Shown here: piece by piece, positions 10,520 to 20,383 of the stretch | How the letters are laid out: the number at the start of each line of letters is the position of its first letter | Position numbering within the stretch: the first letter of the stretch is position 1 | Virus record (IMG/VR): IMGVR_UViG_3300028048_000089 | Location: 51,329-115,328 of that record | Direction: 5' to 3' (one strand) | Length of the DNA stretch: 64,000 bases | From: a virus | Lineage: Duplodnaviria; Caudoviricetes | Position numbers and translations under genes: made by a program | Notes under the pieces: generated by a model | Database searches by the model: none | What the model was told of the DNA's origin: nothing | Seen by the model: the letters and a program-made list of their open reading frames with translations, nothing else

Positions 10520-12655
10520 CTAGATAGTATAACCATAGTTATTATGGTTCAAGTCACTCACTTCAAATTCACCATCTAATCTTTCTCTAATGTCATTCAA
10601 AACTTGTAAAATTGAACTAACATTTTTATCAATGTTTGGAAGTAATTCTGCTTGAGATTCATCTGTTTGTGGTTGTAATGTCTCATTATTTTGGGCACTC
10701 TCCATGTTTCCTTGTAATGTTTGTTGATAGATATCTCCACCAGCTGCACCGCCAACAAATCCTGATGCAGAAGTTGCTAAACCACTAACAAGAGAAGTTA
10801 AACCACTACCTCTTGAAATAGCAGTATTACCTTGATTAATACCTAATTTTGTAAGCATTGAAGTAGGTGCTAATGAAGAACCAAGGCCACTAATGACATC
10901 ACCAATCATGCCCAAAGAGCCAATACCAACAATACCTAATTTCATTAATTGTTCAACAGTGGCATTCATATCAAGCATACCACCTGTACCAACAGTTAAT
11001 GCTTCAATGGCAGGAATATTGATACCCCCTGTAGTTGATTCAATTAAATCTGCAACTCTCCAAATAGCTGCTAATGCAGGATTAGATGCAATGCTAGATG
11101 CTAAAGAGAAGAATGAATTATCAAATAAATTTTGTACCATTTCTGCAGTAGAAATTCTTCCAGGTAAAGCAGCCATTTGTTGACCTAAAGCACCATACAT
11201 ACCACCAAATGATAGCATGTTATTGTTAATGCCTTTGAAACTACTTGAAAGTTGTTGAGCAGCTCTAATATCAGAAATGTTAAGACCAAATGTTTGTGCT
11301 AAACTAGACCTTACAACATTGTTTTTATTTGAACCAATTTCAACCATGTAATTAGCAATTGCATTTAATAATGTATTTGTATTAGAAGCATTAAGACCAT
11401 TGTTTAATAAATTACCAATATCTAAACCACTTCTACTAGCAGCTATTGTTAAAAGACCTTGCATAGATGAATTACCAAATCCTTCAACATTACCACTTCC
11501 TAAATAACCTAATGCTTGTGCTAATTGAGTTGCAGTATTTTCTGATAAACCAGTACCAACTAAAGCACCTAACCATTTTTGAACAACATATTCAAATTCA
11601 GTAGAAGCCTGCATTGTCATTTGAGAAGATGCTTCAACTAATGCCTCTTCAACACTATCAAAAGTTGTACTTAAATATTCTGTATTTTCAACCATTTGAT
11701 TCAAGAATCTAGTTAAGTATGCTTCCATACCTAATCTAGCAGCTGTTGAATCACTTTGTTGTAATCTAATAATTCTTAATAAAGCAGAATTAGAAGCATC
11801 AAATGTATCAGCAATATCTTCTTTAACTGATTGTAAGAATGCTCTTTGTTCAACATTAGCTGCAATACCAGCCTTAACTAAAGCATCTAAGTTATTTAAC
11901 ATTGTTTCAGTTCTTACATAAGGTTGTATGCCGACAGAAGAAGTTAATCTATTCTCTAAAACACCAAATAAGTTACCTGATGCAAACTTAGCTGCATTAT
12001 CCCCCGCTCTTAAACCACCAAGACTAGAACCTTGCAATCTAGCATTAATTCCACCTTGATATTTAGCATATGTACTAATACCATTATTAACTGCATTCAA
12101 AGTAGCACTCATAGTGGCTTGCATTGCTTTATTTAATGCAGTTTGTTTTTTCTGTTCTTTTAAAGTTTGTTCAGCAAGAGCTAACTCTGCCTCTCTTCTC
12201 TTTTTATCTTCTTTTTGGTCAGCAGTAATATTTCCTTCTGCTTCAAGTTTTTCATAAAGTTTTATCCATGCTTGATTGTCTTCTTTATTTTTAACTGCTT
12301 GGTCTTTCTTTGCTTGTTGAACAGATTTCTTAGAGTCTTCTACTTGTTGCTTGTAGATTTTATTTTGCATCTCTAATCTTTGCTTATAATCTGCTTCATT
12401 TCTTTCTTCAATGAGATGCTTTTGATACTCTTCAATATTTTTAATGCCAGCCTTTCTAAGTTCTTGCTCTTCTCTAATCCAATTATTAATTGCTCGCTTC
12501 ATTTCTCTTTCTTGTTCAGCGGCAACTTTCTTGGCACCTTCAAGTCTTAGTCTATTTGCAGTTTCAATATTCTTTTTCTCTGCCTTGAAAAAATCATCCA
12601 ATGTCTTGAACTCATCTTTACTCATTAAACTAACATCTTGTTTTGTGTCTGGCAT
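10520..12655 (-). CDS. Tail tape measure protein
   Basis: 711 aa; charged coiled-coil N-terminus followed by Ala/Gly/Leu-rich helical sequence; downstream of tube and chaperone genes. Confidence 0.75.
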   Translation of the reverse strand: MPDTKQDVSLMSKDEFKTLDDFFKAEKKNIETANRLRLEGAKKVAAEQEREMKRAINNWIREEQELRKAGIKNIEEYQKHLIEERNEADYKQRLEMQNKIYKQQVEDSKKSVQQAKKDQAVKNKEDNQAWIKLYEKLEAEGNITADQKEDKKRREAELALAEQTLKEQKKQTALNKAMQATMSATLNAVNNGISTYAKYQGGINARLQGSSLGGLRAGDNAAKFASGNLFGVLENRLTSSVGIQPYVRTETMLNNLDALVKAGIAANVEQRAFLQSVKEDIADTFDASNSALLRIIRLQQSDSTAARLGMEAYLTRFLNQMVENTEYLSTTFDSVEEALVEASSQMTMQASTEFEYVVQKWLGALVGTGLSENTATQLAQALGYLGSGNVEGFGNSSMQGLLTIAASRSGLDIGNLLNNGLNASNTNTLLNAIANYMVEIGSNKNNVVRSSLAQTFGLNISDIRAAQQLSSSFKGINNNMLSFGGMYGALGQQMAALPGRISTAEMVQNLFDNSFFSLASSIASNPALAAIWRVADLIESTTGGINIPAIEALTVGTGGMLDMNATVEQLMKLGIVGIGSLGMIGDVISGLGSSLAPTSMLTKLGINQGNTAISRGSGLTSLVSGLATSASGFVGGAAGGDIYQQTLQGNMESAQNNETLQPQTDESQAELLPNIDKNVSSILQVLNDIRERLDGEFEVSDLNHNNYGYTI

Positions 12656-12668
12656 ATTTCTACCTCAA

Positions 12669-12971
12669 CTACTTCTTGCTATTTCTCTTTTCTTGAAGTG
12701 TTTGTAGTTCTTTTTCTACTGCTTTTTGTTTCTCATTATATTCATCTAATAAGAATTTAATCAGTAATTCTCTTTCTTTTGGAGTTATCTTCAATACATC
12801 AGCATAAGATGTATTCATATTTTTACTAATAAGATAACACTCTTGAACTACTCTCTTATATCTTTCAGGACCATATGGTTTACCACTTTCAGTTAATTTC
12901 GGGTCCAAAAAATTCTGGTTGGAGGCGAAAGTTAGTGACAACTTCATATCCACAATTTGGACATTTTGCAA
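12669..12971 (-). CDS. Tail/baseplate assembly chaperone, second part (T4 gp51-like); start uncertain, possibly reached by frameshift
   Basis: Overlaps the 3' end of 12889..13638 and has no convincing RBS. YLISKNMNTSYADVLKITPKERELLIKFL resembles gp51/GT-type chaperone tails. Confidence 0.6.
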   Translation of the reverse strand: MQNVQIVDMKLSLTFASNQNFLDPKLTESGKPYGPERYKRVVQECYLISKNMNTSYADVLKITPKERELLIKFLLDEYNEKQKAVEKELQTLQEKRNSKK

Positions 12972-13638
12972 CTACTGAAGTGTCTAACCCTACCTTTCCA
13001 TTAAGTTCATTACCTTTATTTAAGATATACAATGTATCTTTCATAGGTAACTCTCTTACAAATTTTTCTTTAGCAACATCATTAAGTTGTTTATTATCAA
13101 CTTTACCAATTAATGACATTACTGTAAACATAAACTCATAATTTGTATTAAGTTTAGTTTTCTTTTTCATATCCTTTGCTTTTGATTTAACAGCATCAAT
13201 CATTCTAGGTGTTTGTAAACTTAACTTAATAACTTTCTTTGTTTCAGGAAGAGTAATTTCTAAGTCAAGACCTTTTTCTTCATCAAATTCTTGAACTGTT
13301 TCTGTATCAAGATTGACAGAAGAACTAACAACTTCACCACAGTTAGGACATTGAATGACCATTTTGTATTCTGGTCCATAAGTAACAACTCTTAACTTGT
13401 GTAATAAGAATTGATAATCACCTAAACACATATCATAAGAAGAAATTGGTAAATCTTCTATAATACATGCATCAATGATTTCAGCCATTGTTTCATGCTC
13501 TAATTCATTATATGCCAACCTTTTCATTTCTTCTTCAGTTGTCATACTTCTTAGAGTAACTACAGGGTTAAATTTTTCTGCATAGAGTAACCCTTTTGAT
13601 GGGAGTGTAAACTTTTCTTGAATTGTGATTGAACCCAT
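12889..13638 (-). CDS. Baseplate hub / tail assembly chaperone (T4 gp26-like)
   Basis: LPSKGLLY...LRSMTTEEE start, two CPNCG knuckles and a terminal EFF, all features of gp26-like proteins. Confidence 0.75.
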   Translation of the reverse strand: MGSITIQEKFTLPSKGLLYAEKFNPVVTLRSMTTEEEMKRLAYNELEHETMAEIIDACIIEDLPISSYDMCLGDYQFLLHKLRVVTYGPEYKMVIQCPNCGEVVSSSVNLDTETVQEFDEEKGLDLEITLPETKKVIKLSLQTPRMIDAVKSKAKDMKKKTKLNTNYEFMFTVMSLIGKVDNKQLNDVAKEKFVRELPMKDTLYILNKGNELNGKVGLDTSVVAKCPNCGYEVVTNFRLQPEFFGPEIN

Positions 13639-13640
13639 AA

Positions 13641-14132
13641 TTAGTCTTCCTCCACATCATTTAATTTAGCAGCATCTCTATATCTCTGTGCTAGTATTAA
13701 TCTCACCATAGCAGATATAGAAATTGATAAATATTCTGCTTCTGCCTCTAGTTGTTTTCTTAAATTGTCAGGGAGTTGAAATCCAATAATTTTTAAATCT
13801 TTTTGTTGTTTATATTCATCTGGTAATGATTGTCTATCCCCCTCACCACCTTGCTTCACATTATATCCAATTGAACTATCCCTGGCATGTAATGTTTCAA
13901 TCCAATACTTTTCTCTTGCCTTTAAAATATCATTAGTTGAACACCACTCTAAGATTTCACGCCTAAAATTAGATGTTCCAAATTCTCTTAAAGCGACCTT
14001 AATTTTTGAACCGCTTCCCCAATAATTCTCATCAACAAAAGAACCTTTTTTCTTTCCTACATAAATCTTTCCATTAACTAGATTTGTGATTTTGTAAATA
14101 TAACCAAATTTTGTATTAACAATATCATCCAT
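13641..14132 (-). CDS. Free-standing GIY-YIG endonuclease with a C-terminal ribbon-helix-helix-like domain
   Basis: GYIYKITNLVNGKIYVGK...YWGSG...REKYWI...GYN is a Seg-like GIY-YIG domain. The tail IIGFQLPDNLRKQLEAEAEYLSISISAMVRLIL has an RHH pattern. Confidence 0.85.
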   Translation of the reverse strand: MDDIVNTKFGYIYKITNLVNGKIYVGKKKGSFVDENYWGSGSKIKVALREFGTSNFRREILEWCSTNDILKAREKYWIETLHARDSSIGYNVKQGGEGDRQSLPDEYKQQKDLKIIGFQLPDNLRKQLEAEAEYLSISISAMVRLILAQRYRDAAKLNDVEED

Positions 14133-14237
14133 ATTATATATTTCCTTTCATTAAATTTAGCATTACAAAAATTTAAAAATAAGCACATAAAAAATTATAT
14201 TTTTAAAAATATATTTTACATCTTTTTAATACAAAAA

Positions 14238-14268
14238 CAAAAAAGAAGTCAGCTAAGACTTCTTTTTT
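14238..14268 (-). terminator. Intrinsic terminator after the tail tube gene
   Basis: aaaagaagtc-agctaa-gacttctttt inverted repeat flanked by A/T tracts. Confidence 0.8.
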
Positions 14269-14295
14269 CTTTAAGAGTAATAATTACTTAATCAA

Positions 14296-14886
14296 TTATT
14301 CTGCTTCATCAGGAAGCATAGGAATTGCTTTATCATAAATGATAGTAGCAGTAACTGTTTTCTTATCATTGGTTTCATTGCTGAATGGGTCTTCACTAAG
14401 GCCACTAATCCAACAACCAATTAATCTCCACTTTCTAATAACGTCATCATAGTCAGGAGAGTATTCATATAAATAACAATCATGTTTATAGTTATTCATT
14501 CTATGAACTTTTTCAGTTCTAACATCATAAGCTTGTGCTTGCCAAGCCAATAAAACTGATTTTGTTCTAGCACCCATAAAGTCATTTAAGACTAATTGAT
14601 GATTATCAAAGGTTGGAACACCAGCAACATGCATAGTGTTGTTGCCTCTCTTAACATCAATGACACCAAGAGTGAAATGTGGAACTGAAGAACTAACAAC
14701 AGAAACTCTTAATGTTTCTTGACCATTTGTGATGTAATTGCTTTCTTCTGTTAAGCCACTTTCTTTAACGCCCGCTCTTAAAATTCTATCAATATCTGTA
14801 ACAACAAATTCAAAGTTATTACTTCTTGCAGGTTCATAAAGTTGTGGATTATCAGCAAGATGATATGTACCCATATTTTCTGGCAT
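14296..14886 (-). CDS. Tail tube protein (T4 gp19-like)
   Basis: 196 aa directly after the sheath; YEPARSNNFEF, RKWRLIGCWISGL and TATIIYDKA patterns. Confidence 0.88.
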   Translation of the reverse strand: MPENMGTYHLADNPQLYEPARSNNFEFVVTDIDRILRAGVKESGLTEESNYITNGQETLRVSVVSSSVPHFTLGVIDVKRGNNTMHVAGVPTFDNHQLVLNDFMGARTKSVLLAWQAQAYDVRTEKVHRMNNYKHDCYLYEYSPDYDDVIRKWRLIGCWISGLSEDPFSNETNDKKTVTATIIYDKAIPMLPDEAE

Positions 14887-14905
14887 ATTGTATCTCTCCT
14901 TTTAA

Positions 14906-16111
14906 CTATTCAGTAACTGAAATTTCATCAGTTAATTCAATTGTGATATCAAAGTCTTCAACAGCTTCAATTGGAATCAAAGAAATTTTAGCACAAAGTC
15001 TTGCTTTCTTATTAGTAGGAATTCTGCTAATCTTATAATCTAAAATACCATTACCTGTTGACATTCTATCTAATGTTGGAAGAATGTAAGAGGTGAAGTT
15101 TGTCCAAAGAATTTCACTATTTTGTTCAAATGTATATTTATTTGCAGCATTGAAGGCCACTTTAGCAACTTCAGTAGAAAGAATTCTGCAATTTAAGAAG
15201 GAAGTCGCTTTTGTAACACCAGCACCAGATGTATCAGCTTCATTATCTCTCAATGTTCTATTACCCCAAATGAGATGACCAAATGGTCTTCTATAAGCAA
15301 TTGGATTGATAGCCACACCAACATTATCGCCTGCATCATCTAAGGCAACTTCGGCATTTTTACTTCTTGCTTGGAGCATTTCAATATCAGAACTATTATA
15401 TTCTTTAGCAACGGCAACTAATTCAGGAATAATACCTCTGAAAGAACCAGCAACAGCATACCACATTGGATTTTCTTTAACACTTCTTGCAAAGGCACAT
15501 AAGTAACCAAATGATGCAGGAAGATTTTCAATTTTTTCAATAGCAGCATCGCTCATGCTATTAAGGTTACCTGTCCATGTTGGAGCAAAGGCAGCTGCAA
15601 ATGTAGATGGTTCTTTTGTTGAGGTAAGGTTTAATGCTTTAGCACTTGTATTAATAGTTTCAATAGCAGTTCTATATTCACTAACAGCATTATTTTCAGT
15701 GGCAATATCAATTAAAGCAACAGCATCACATCTTGTAGCAGCGCATTTAATCATTTTAACACCGTCTTGAATACCTTGGAAAAATTGACCTGTAGTTAAG
15801 AATCTGACATTATATAAGTTTTTATCAGTTAAAATATCCCAATTAATAACTGCATCACTTGTTTCACTATCAGCAACCACACCTTCATATAAAACATGCA
15901 TACCAAGAGTTAATAAATGATAAGCCATTTTAGCACTTAATCCTTCTGCATAAGTACCATCATCTACTGCTTTCTTAAAAAGTGAAGCATTTGTAAATAA
16001 AACAGGGGCAACTGCTTTATCAGCAGGACCTGGAATATAAACAACATTTGGAGTTTCAGTTGAACTCACTCTGCCAGTATTATCAATTTCTGTAATTCTA
16101 ATTTTTGGCAT
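14906..16111 (-). CDS. Tail sheath protein (T4 gp18-like, compact)
   Basis: WYAVAGSFRG, AINPI, IWGNRTL, LNCRIL, FEQN and PIEAVEDFDI are conserved sheath motifs. Confidence 0.92.
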   Translation of the reverse strand: MPKIRITEIDNTGRVSSTETPNVVYIPGPADKAVAPVLFTNASLFKKAVDDGTYAEGLSAKMAYHLLTLGMHVLYEGVVADSETSDAVINWDILTDKNLYNVRFLTTGQFFQGIQDGVKMIKCAATRCDAVALIDIATENNAVSEYRTAIETINTSAKALNLTSTKEPSTFAAAFAPTWTGNLNSMSDAAIEKIENLPASFGYLCAFARSVKENPMWYAVAGSFRGIIPELVAVAKEYNSSDIEMLQARSKNAEVALDDAGDNVGVAINPIAYRRPFGHLIWGNRTLRDNEADTSGAGVTKATSFLNCRILSTEVAKVAFNAANKYTFEQNSEILWTNFTSYILPTLDRMSTGNGILDYKISRIPTNKKARLCAKISLIPIEAVEDFDITIELTDEISVTE

Positions 16112-16187
16112 TTTTCTTTCTCCTTAATTAAACTTGTATATATCTAATTGTTTAAATATAATTTATCATTAAATTTAGCAATTAAAT

Positions 16188-16847
16188 TTATTTCTCTAAT
16201 ATATCATATGTCTCTAGCACTTCTGTAGGATTATTCTTCACTTCTACTTGAACACTAGAGATGACAAGATTATCTTTTACTGGTGCACTGAACAGATAAG
16301 CATTGTCAATTGTGAGATGCATTGTATATCTTGTAAATTGTCCAGGAACTAATCTCTCTGGAATATCACTATTGTCTTCAACATCTTCTTCAAGATACAC
16401 TGTAGATTCATGTAGAATCTTACAATCATTGTATGGAATTTCAATAGTGACATTTGGATAGTTAACGAAGTTGAACACAAAATTTCTCATGTATTCATCT
16501 GCTTCAGCCATGTGAGCAGTATAGATATCAAGTTGATAATCTAACTTCATTGGAATGGCATTTAATTTAATCATTGACTTCATTGGTACAAAGTTACCAT
16601 CTTTATCATATGCTTTAATTTTCATGCCATCATAACTTAATGGTTGTTTATTCCTATTCAACACATTAATTCTTGTTTTTCTAGATAATGCTATAAGAGG
16701 TAATTGGATTGGCCTATCATTTGCCTCATCAGCTTTCATCTTGAATAGTCTTGTTGTTTCTTCTGGTTTTAACACATGAATTTTATTGTCTTTAATCCAG
16801 TTTTGAAGTTTGTTAGCAAGTGCTTCATCATAGAATCTTACAGCCAT
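16188..16847 (-). CDS. Tail completion / terminator protein (T4 gp15-like)
   Basis: LPLIALSR...IPMKLDYQLDIYT pattern; immediately upstream of the sheath. Confidence 0.65.
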   Translation of the reverse strand: MAVRFYDEALANKLQNWIKDNKIHVLKPEETTRLFKMKADEANDRPIQLPLIALSRKTRINVLNRNKQPLSYDGMKIKAYDKDGNFVPMKSMIKLNAIPMKLDYQLDIYTAHMAEADEYMRNFVFNFVNYPNVTIEIPYNDCKILHESTVYLEEDVEDNSDIPERLVPGQFTRYTMHLTIDNAYLFSAPVKDNLVISSVQVEVKNNPTEVLETYDILEK

Positions 16848-17237
16848 CTATCTACCTCCTTTCATAATGTATAATTTGTATAATTCATTTATATGAGATT
16901 TAATATACTTAAATGCTCTATCTATAATATGTAAACCTTTAACTCTAAGATTACCATATTCAATTAATTTAAGAAGTGATATAATTTTCTCTTGACTTTT
17001 TTCATCATAAGTGTTATTATTAATACTTACTGTCCAGGTGTTATTATATTTATTGATTGAAAATGACATCTCTTTTAATATTGTCATAACATCAATCTTA
17101 TACTTATCTTTAAGAAATTCATTTATTCTTGTTAGATTACTTTCACTTGCAAATGAATGTATTTTAACTATCAATGCTTTAATAACATAATCTTGAATAA
17201 ACTTTTCACTAAATTGACCTTCTAGATATAATGTCAT
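16848..17237 (-). CDS. Hypothetical neck-region protein
   Basis: 129-aa ORF coupled to its neighbours. Confidence 0.5.
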   Translation of the reverse strand: MTLYLEGQFSEKFIQDYVIKALIVKIHSFASESNLTRINEFLKDKYKIDVMTILKEMSFSINKYNNTWTVSINNNTYDEKSQEKIISLLKLIEYGNLRVKGLHIIDRAFKYIKSHINELYKLYIMKGGR

Positions 17238-18142
17238 AGAACACCTAATTCTTTAATAACATCTGAAACAATTTCAGAGATATCATCAGCACTTAAATCT
17301 TTATACTTTGAATTAATAGTATTCTTTAATGCTTTTTTAAAGTCAGTATAGGAATCACCAGATTGAGTTTCCTTTTTAGCAGATTTTTTACTATTTAAAT
17401 CGGAATTAATTGAACCTGCAGCTAATAATTTTTGAAGAGTTGCTTCTGAATTAATTTTTCCATCTTGACCATTTACATAGAAGATATTATTAAGAAAACT
17501 TGCCCAATCTTCATCAGATAATTGATTACCACCAATTTGACTCAACACTTTATCAGCAACTTGATTAATAGCATTTGTCAAATCAAGATTTCTAATTTCT
17601 TGCCAATTCATTCTCTTTAAATTGTTAGGTTCTCTTAACCAATTCCAATATTCAACCATTTTGTCAACATTTTGAAATGTATATAATTCAGGGTTAAAAA
17701 GTATATTATTTAATTCATTTCTACCTTTACCCATTAAATCTTCTTTAGTAATTTCATCATTGGCATAAAGATTATTTAAATCAATCATGTTATTTCTTGT
17801 AAGAGAAGCATTAGGATTTTTATTATAAAACGCAGGTAAGAAGTTTAAGAATGGATTAATAATTTCTTTAAGACCTAACTCGGTACATAATTTAATTAAT
17901 ACATCTTTATATGGTTCAATGTTTTCCATACTAACATTTCCCCATTTATTATCTGTTGCCATTGATTGTCTTAAAAATATTTCAACTAAAGAATTTTCTT
18001 CTTCTGGTGTTGTTGCATATTTTTGTGCTTCAGATAACTTTGAAAAATTAATTTCACTATTGCCATCAGGATTCTTTACAAGAAGAATCTCTTTCATTTT
18101 TTCATTTAACTTATTAAATAGTTCTTGAATTTCATTATCCAT
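17234..18142 (-). CDS. Hypothetical neck-region protein
   Basis: Open frame; start moved to ATG 18142 (MDNEIQ), which has an AGGAG RBS. Confidence 0.5.
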   Translation of the reverse strand: MDNEIQELFNKLNEKMKEILLVKNPDGNSEINFSKLSEAQKYATTPEEENSLVEIFLRQSMATDNKWGNVSMENIEPYKDVLIKLCTELGLKEIINPFLNFLPAFYNKNPNASLTRNNMIDLNNLYANDEITKEDLMGKGRNELNNILFNPELYTFQNVDKMVEYWNWLREPNNLKRMNWQEIRNLDLTNAINQVADKVLSQIGGNQLSDEDWASFLNNIFYVNGQDGKINSEATLQKLLAAGSINSDLNSKKSAKKETQSGDSYTDFKKALKNTINSKYKDLSADDISEIVSDVIKELGVL

Positions 18143-18143
18143 A

Positions 18144-18644
18144 TTACTTCTCCTCATCATTTAATAAATTAAAGTCATTTTGTACATGTGAGAATTGACT
18201 ATCTTCAAAAGTACTTTCATACACAGGGGCAATTTTACAAGTAACATATGCAGGAGTTACTGCAATAGTACTCATATCTTCAACCATAAATAATCTTCCT
18301 TTTGCATCATCAAGACCACTAGGAACAATAAATAAAGCACCTCTTTGTAATCCTTTTAACTCATATGGTACTTGAATCAATGAAGCACTTTCATCAAGTT
18401 CAGCATTCCACCCCATTTTCTTCATAGTATATTGATTTGGATGTTCAACAAAAATACAACCAACTTGTTCAGGTGGATTGTAGAATGAATCCAATTCTCC
18501 ATATCCATTATAGCGTTTACTACCTTGTTTTGGAGACCTATAGATAACATTAATACCTATAAGTTTGACCATTTGTTCAAAATAGAATCTTTGAAGTTTT
18601 AGATTATTCTGATTTAGTAAAATGCCTGTATCTTTTTGTTCCAT
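18144..18644 (-). CDS. Head closure / neck protein (T4 gp14-like)
   Basis: 166 aa; YFEQMVKLIGINVIY start and TMKKMGW; lies between gp13-like and gp15-like genes. Confidence 0.55.
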   Translation of the reverse strand: MEQKDTGILLNQNNLKLQRFYFEQMVKLIGINVIYRSPKQGSKRYNGYGELDSFYNPPEQVGCIFVEHPNQYTMKKMGWNAELDESASLIQVPYELKGLQRGALFIVPSGLDDAKGRLFMVEDMSTIAVTPAYVTCKIAPVYESTFEDSQFSHVQNDFNLLNDEEK

Positions 18645-20374
18645 TATTTAATTTTAACTTTACCTTTAACTTCTTTATCTTTTGCTTTGTAACCATATGA
18701 TAAACTTTCACAAACTAAATTGCCATTATCATTTGTACAAACTAAATTAAATGTTCTTTTAGATTTACTGAATGTTTCATTCATACCAACAAATCTACAT
18801 CTGTTATTTTTAACACCTTTGTTATCTAAGACAAATGTAGTGTCTTTTGTGTTACCACTCTTGAATGTAATAACACCTTCAACAATAAGTTTATTGTCTT
18901 CTAAATTACAAGATGTCATTGTATATTTATCAACATTATTATAAGTTGCTTCAAGATATTTATTAACTAATGTATTAAATGTATCTTCAGATAAACCATT
19001 GAGTTCTAAAGATTCTTTAGCCATGATTGAAGGTCTTTTGTTTTCTTCTTCATCAGTAACTTCATCTTCAACTTTGTCTTCACCAACTTCATTGTTTGTG
19101 AGTTCATCTTCAACAGTAGCAGAAGAATTTTCAATTTCATCTTTACCAGTTGTTGGAGAAGGTTCTTCTTGAGGAATATCAAGAGTTGCAATTTGACCAA
19201 CTAATTCAAAACCATCTTTAGAGCCACAATGCGGACAAGTTTCACCAACATTGTAAACATCTGAATCTTCATCTTTTTCTAAGAGTTCAGGTTTCTTAAA
19301 GATAGGCGTTTTACAAACTGGACATCTTAACAATACATTACCGACATAAGAATCTTTTAATTCTTCAACTGTATCTGCATCAACATCAACAACTTGTTCA
19401 ATATGTTCATCATTGCCTTCTTCAATAAATTTCTTGCCTTCTTCAACTTCATCTTTATCTAATAAATCAACAACAAGGCCTTCATTTAAATCTTCATTGA
19501 ATTGTTCAATTGGATAATTCTTTCTTAAATCATTAATGCTACCTGCTTCAAGACCATTTTGTTTTAAGAATTCTTTAACATGTCTTAAAGTTGTTTGAGA
19601 AGAAGCCCAGCCTAAGTAACCTTTTCTTAATAGAGTTGCTTTACCATCTTTTGTAATTTTACAAACAGGAGTACCATAAGAATAAAGAATCTTTGTACCA
19701 TCTGGTCTTTCATCAACTTTTGCTTTACCATAGAATGATTTTCTTGAATCATATTCAGGAGCCATATCATGCACAGGTTCTTCTTTAAGATTACAAGATT
19801 CTTCAACTCTACCATTTTCACTATCCCAAATCTTTGTAGGATTACCATTCACATAATGTAATAATTCCCAATGTTTATCAGCCTTCTTTGATTCTAATGT
19901 TGCAATAAAATCATCAACATTATCAAGAGAAGAAAAGACTTGAGAATTTTTTGGATTAGCACCATCACTTAAAACATAATAATCTTCTTGAGATTCAGTA
20001 ACAACCACATCTTCTTTTAATAAAGTCGCACCATTGATAAAATCTTTCTTGGAGACTTCAATTGTGTTACCATCTTCACCTTTAAGAAGAATTGTATCAC
20101 TATAACCAATCTTATGACCACCATCTTTATCAGTGACAATTTCAAATTTATTGCCATTATAATCAACATGGTCACCAGTTCTAGCATAATAATATGCTTG
20201 ACCTTTGTCATACATATCTTTACCAGAAATATTAATTGTTTGAACAGATTCTTTAATTGTCTTCTTTTGAGAAGTCTTTCTTACTTTTTTAACTTCTTCT
20301 TTAACAACATCATCACTGATGTCATCTAATGCCTTAAAAGCATCAACAATAGTAATACCTTTTACTTCTTGCAT
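18644..20374 (-). CDS. Acidic multidomain putative internal head protein with a Zn ribbon
   Basis: Segments separated by IKES, LKED, LKEE, LNEG and KESLE motifs; CPVC/CPHC pair; SRKSFYGKAKV...YSYGT...SQTTLRHVKEF module. Confidence 0.6.
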   Translation of the reverse strand: MQEVKGITIVDAFKALDDISDDVVKEEVKKVRKTSQKKTIKESVQTINISGKDMYDKGQAYYYARTGDHVDYNGNKFEIVTDKDGGHKIGYSDTILLKGEDGNTIEVSKKDFINGATLLKEDVVVTESQEDYYVLSDGANPKNSQVFSSLDNVDDFIATLESKKADKHWELLHYVNGNPTKIWDSENGRVEESCNLKEEPVHDMAPEYDSRKSFYGKAKVDERPDGTKILYSYGTPVCKITKDGKATLLRKGYLGWASSQTTLRHVKEFLKQNGLEAGSINDLRKNYPIEQFNEDLNEGLVVDLLDKDEVEEGKKFIEEGNDEHIEQVVDVDADTVEELKDSYVGNVLLRCPVCKTPIFKKPELLEKDEDSDVYNVGETCPHCGSKDGFELVGQIATLDIPQEEPSPTTGKDEIENSSATVEDELTNNEVGEDKVEDEVTDEEENKRPSIMAKESLELNGLSEDTFNTLVNKYLEATYNNVDKYTMTSCNLEDNKLIVEGVITFKSGNTKDTTFVLDNKGVKNNRCRFVGMNETFSKSKRTFNLVCTNDNGNLVCESLSYGYKAKDKEVKGKVKIK

Positions 20375-20383
20375 ATTACTCTC

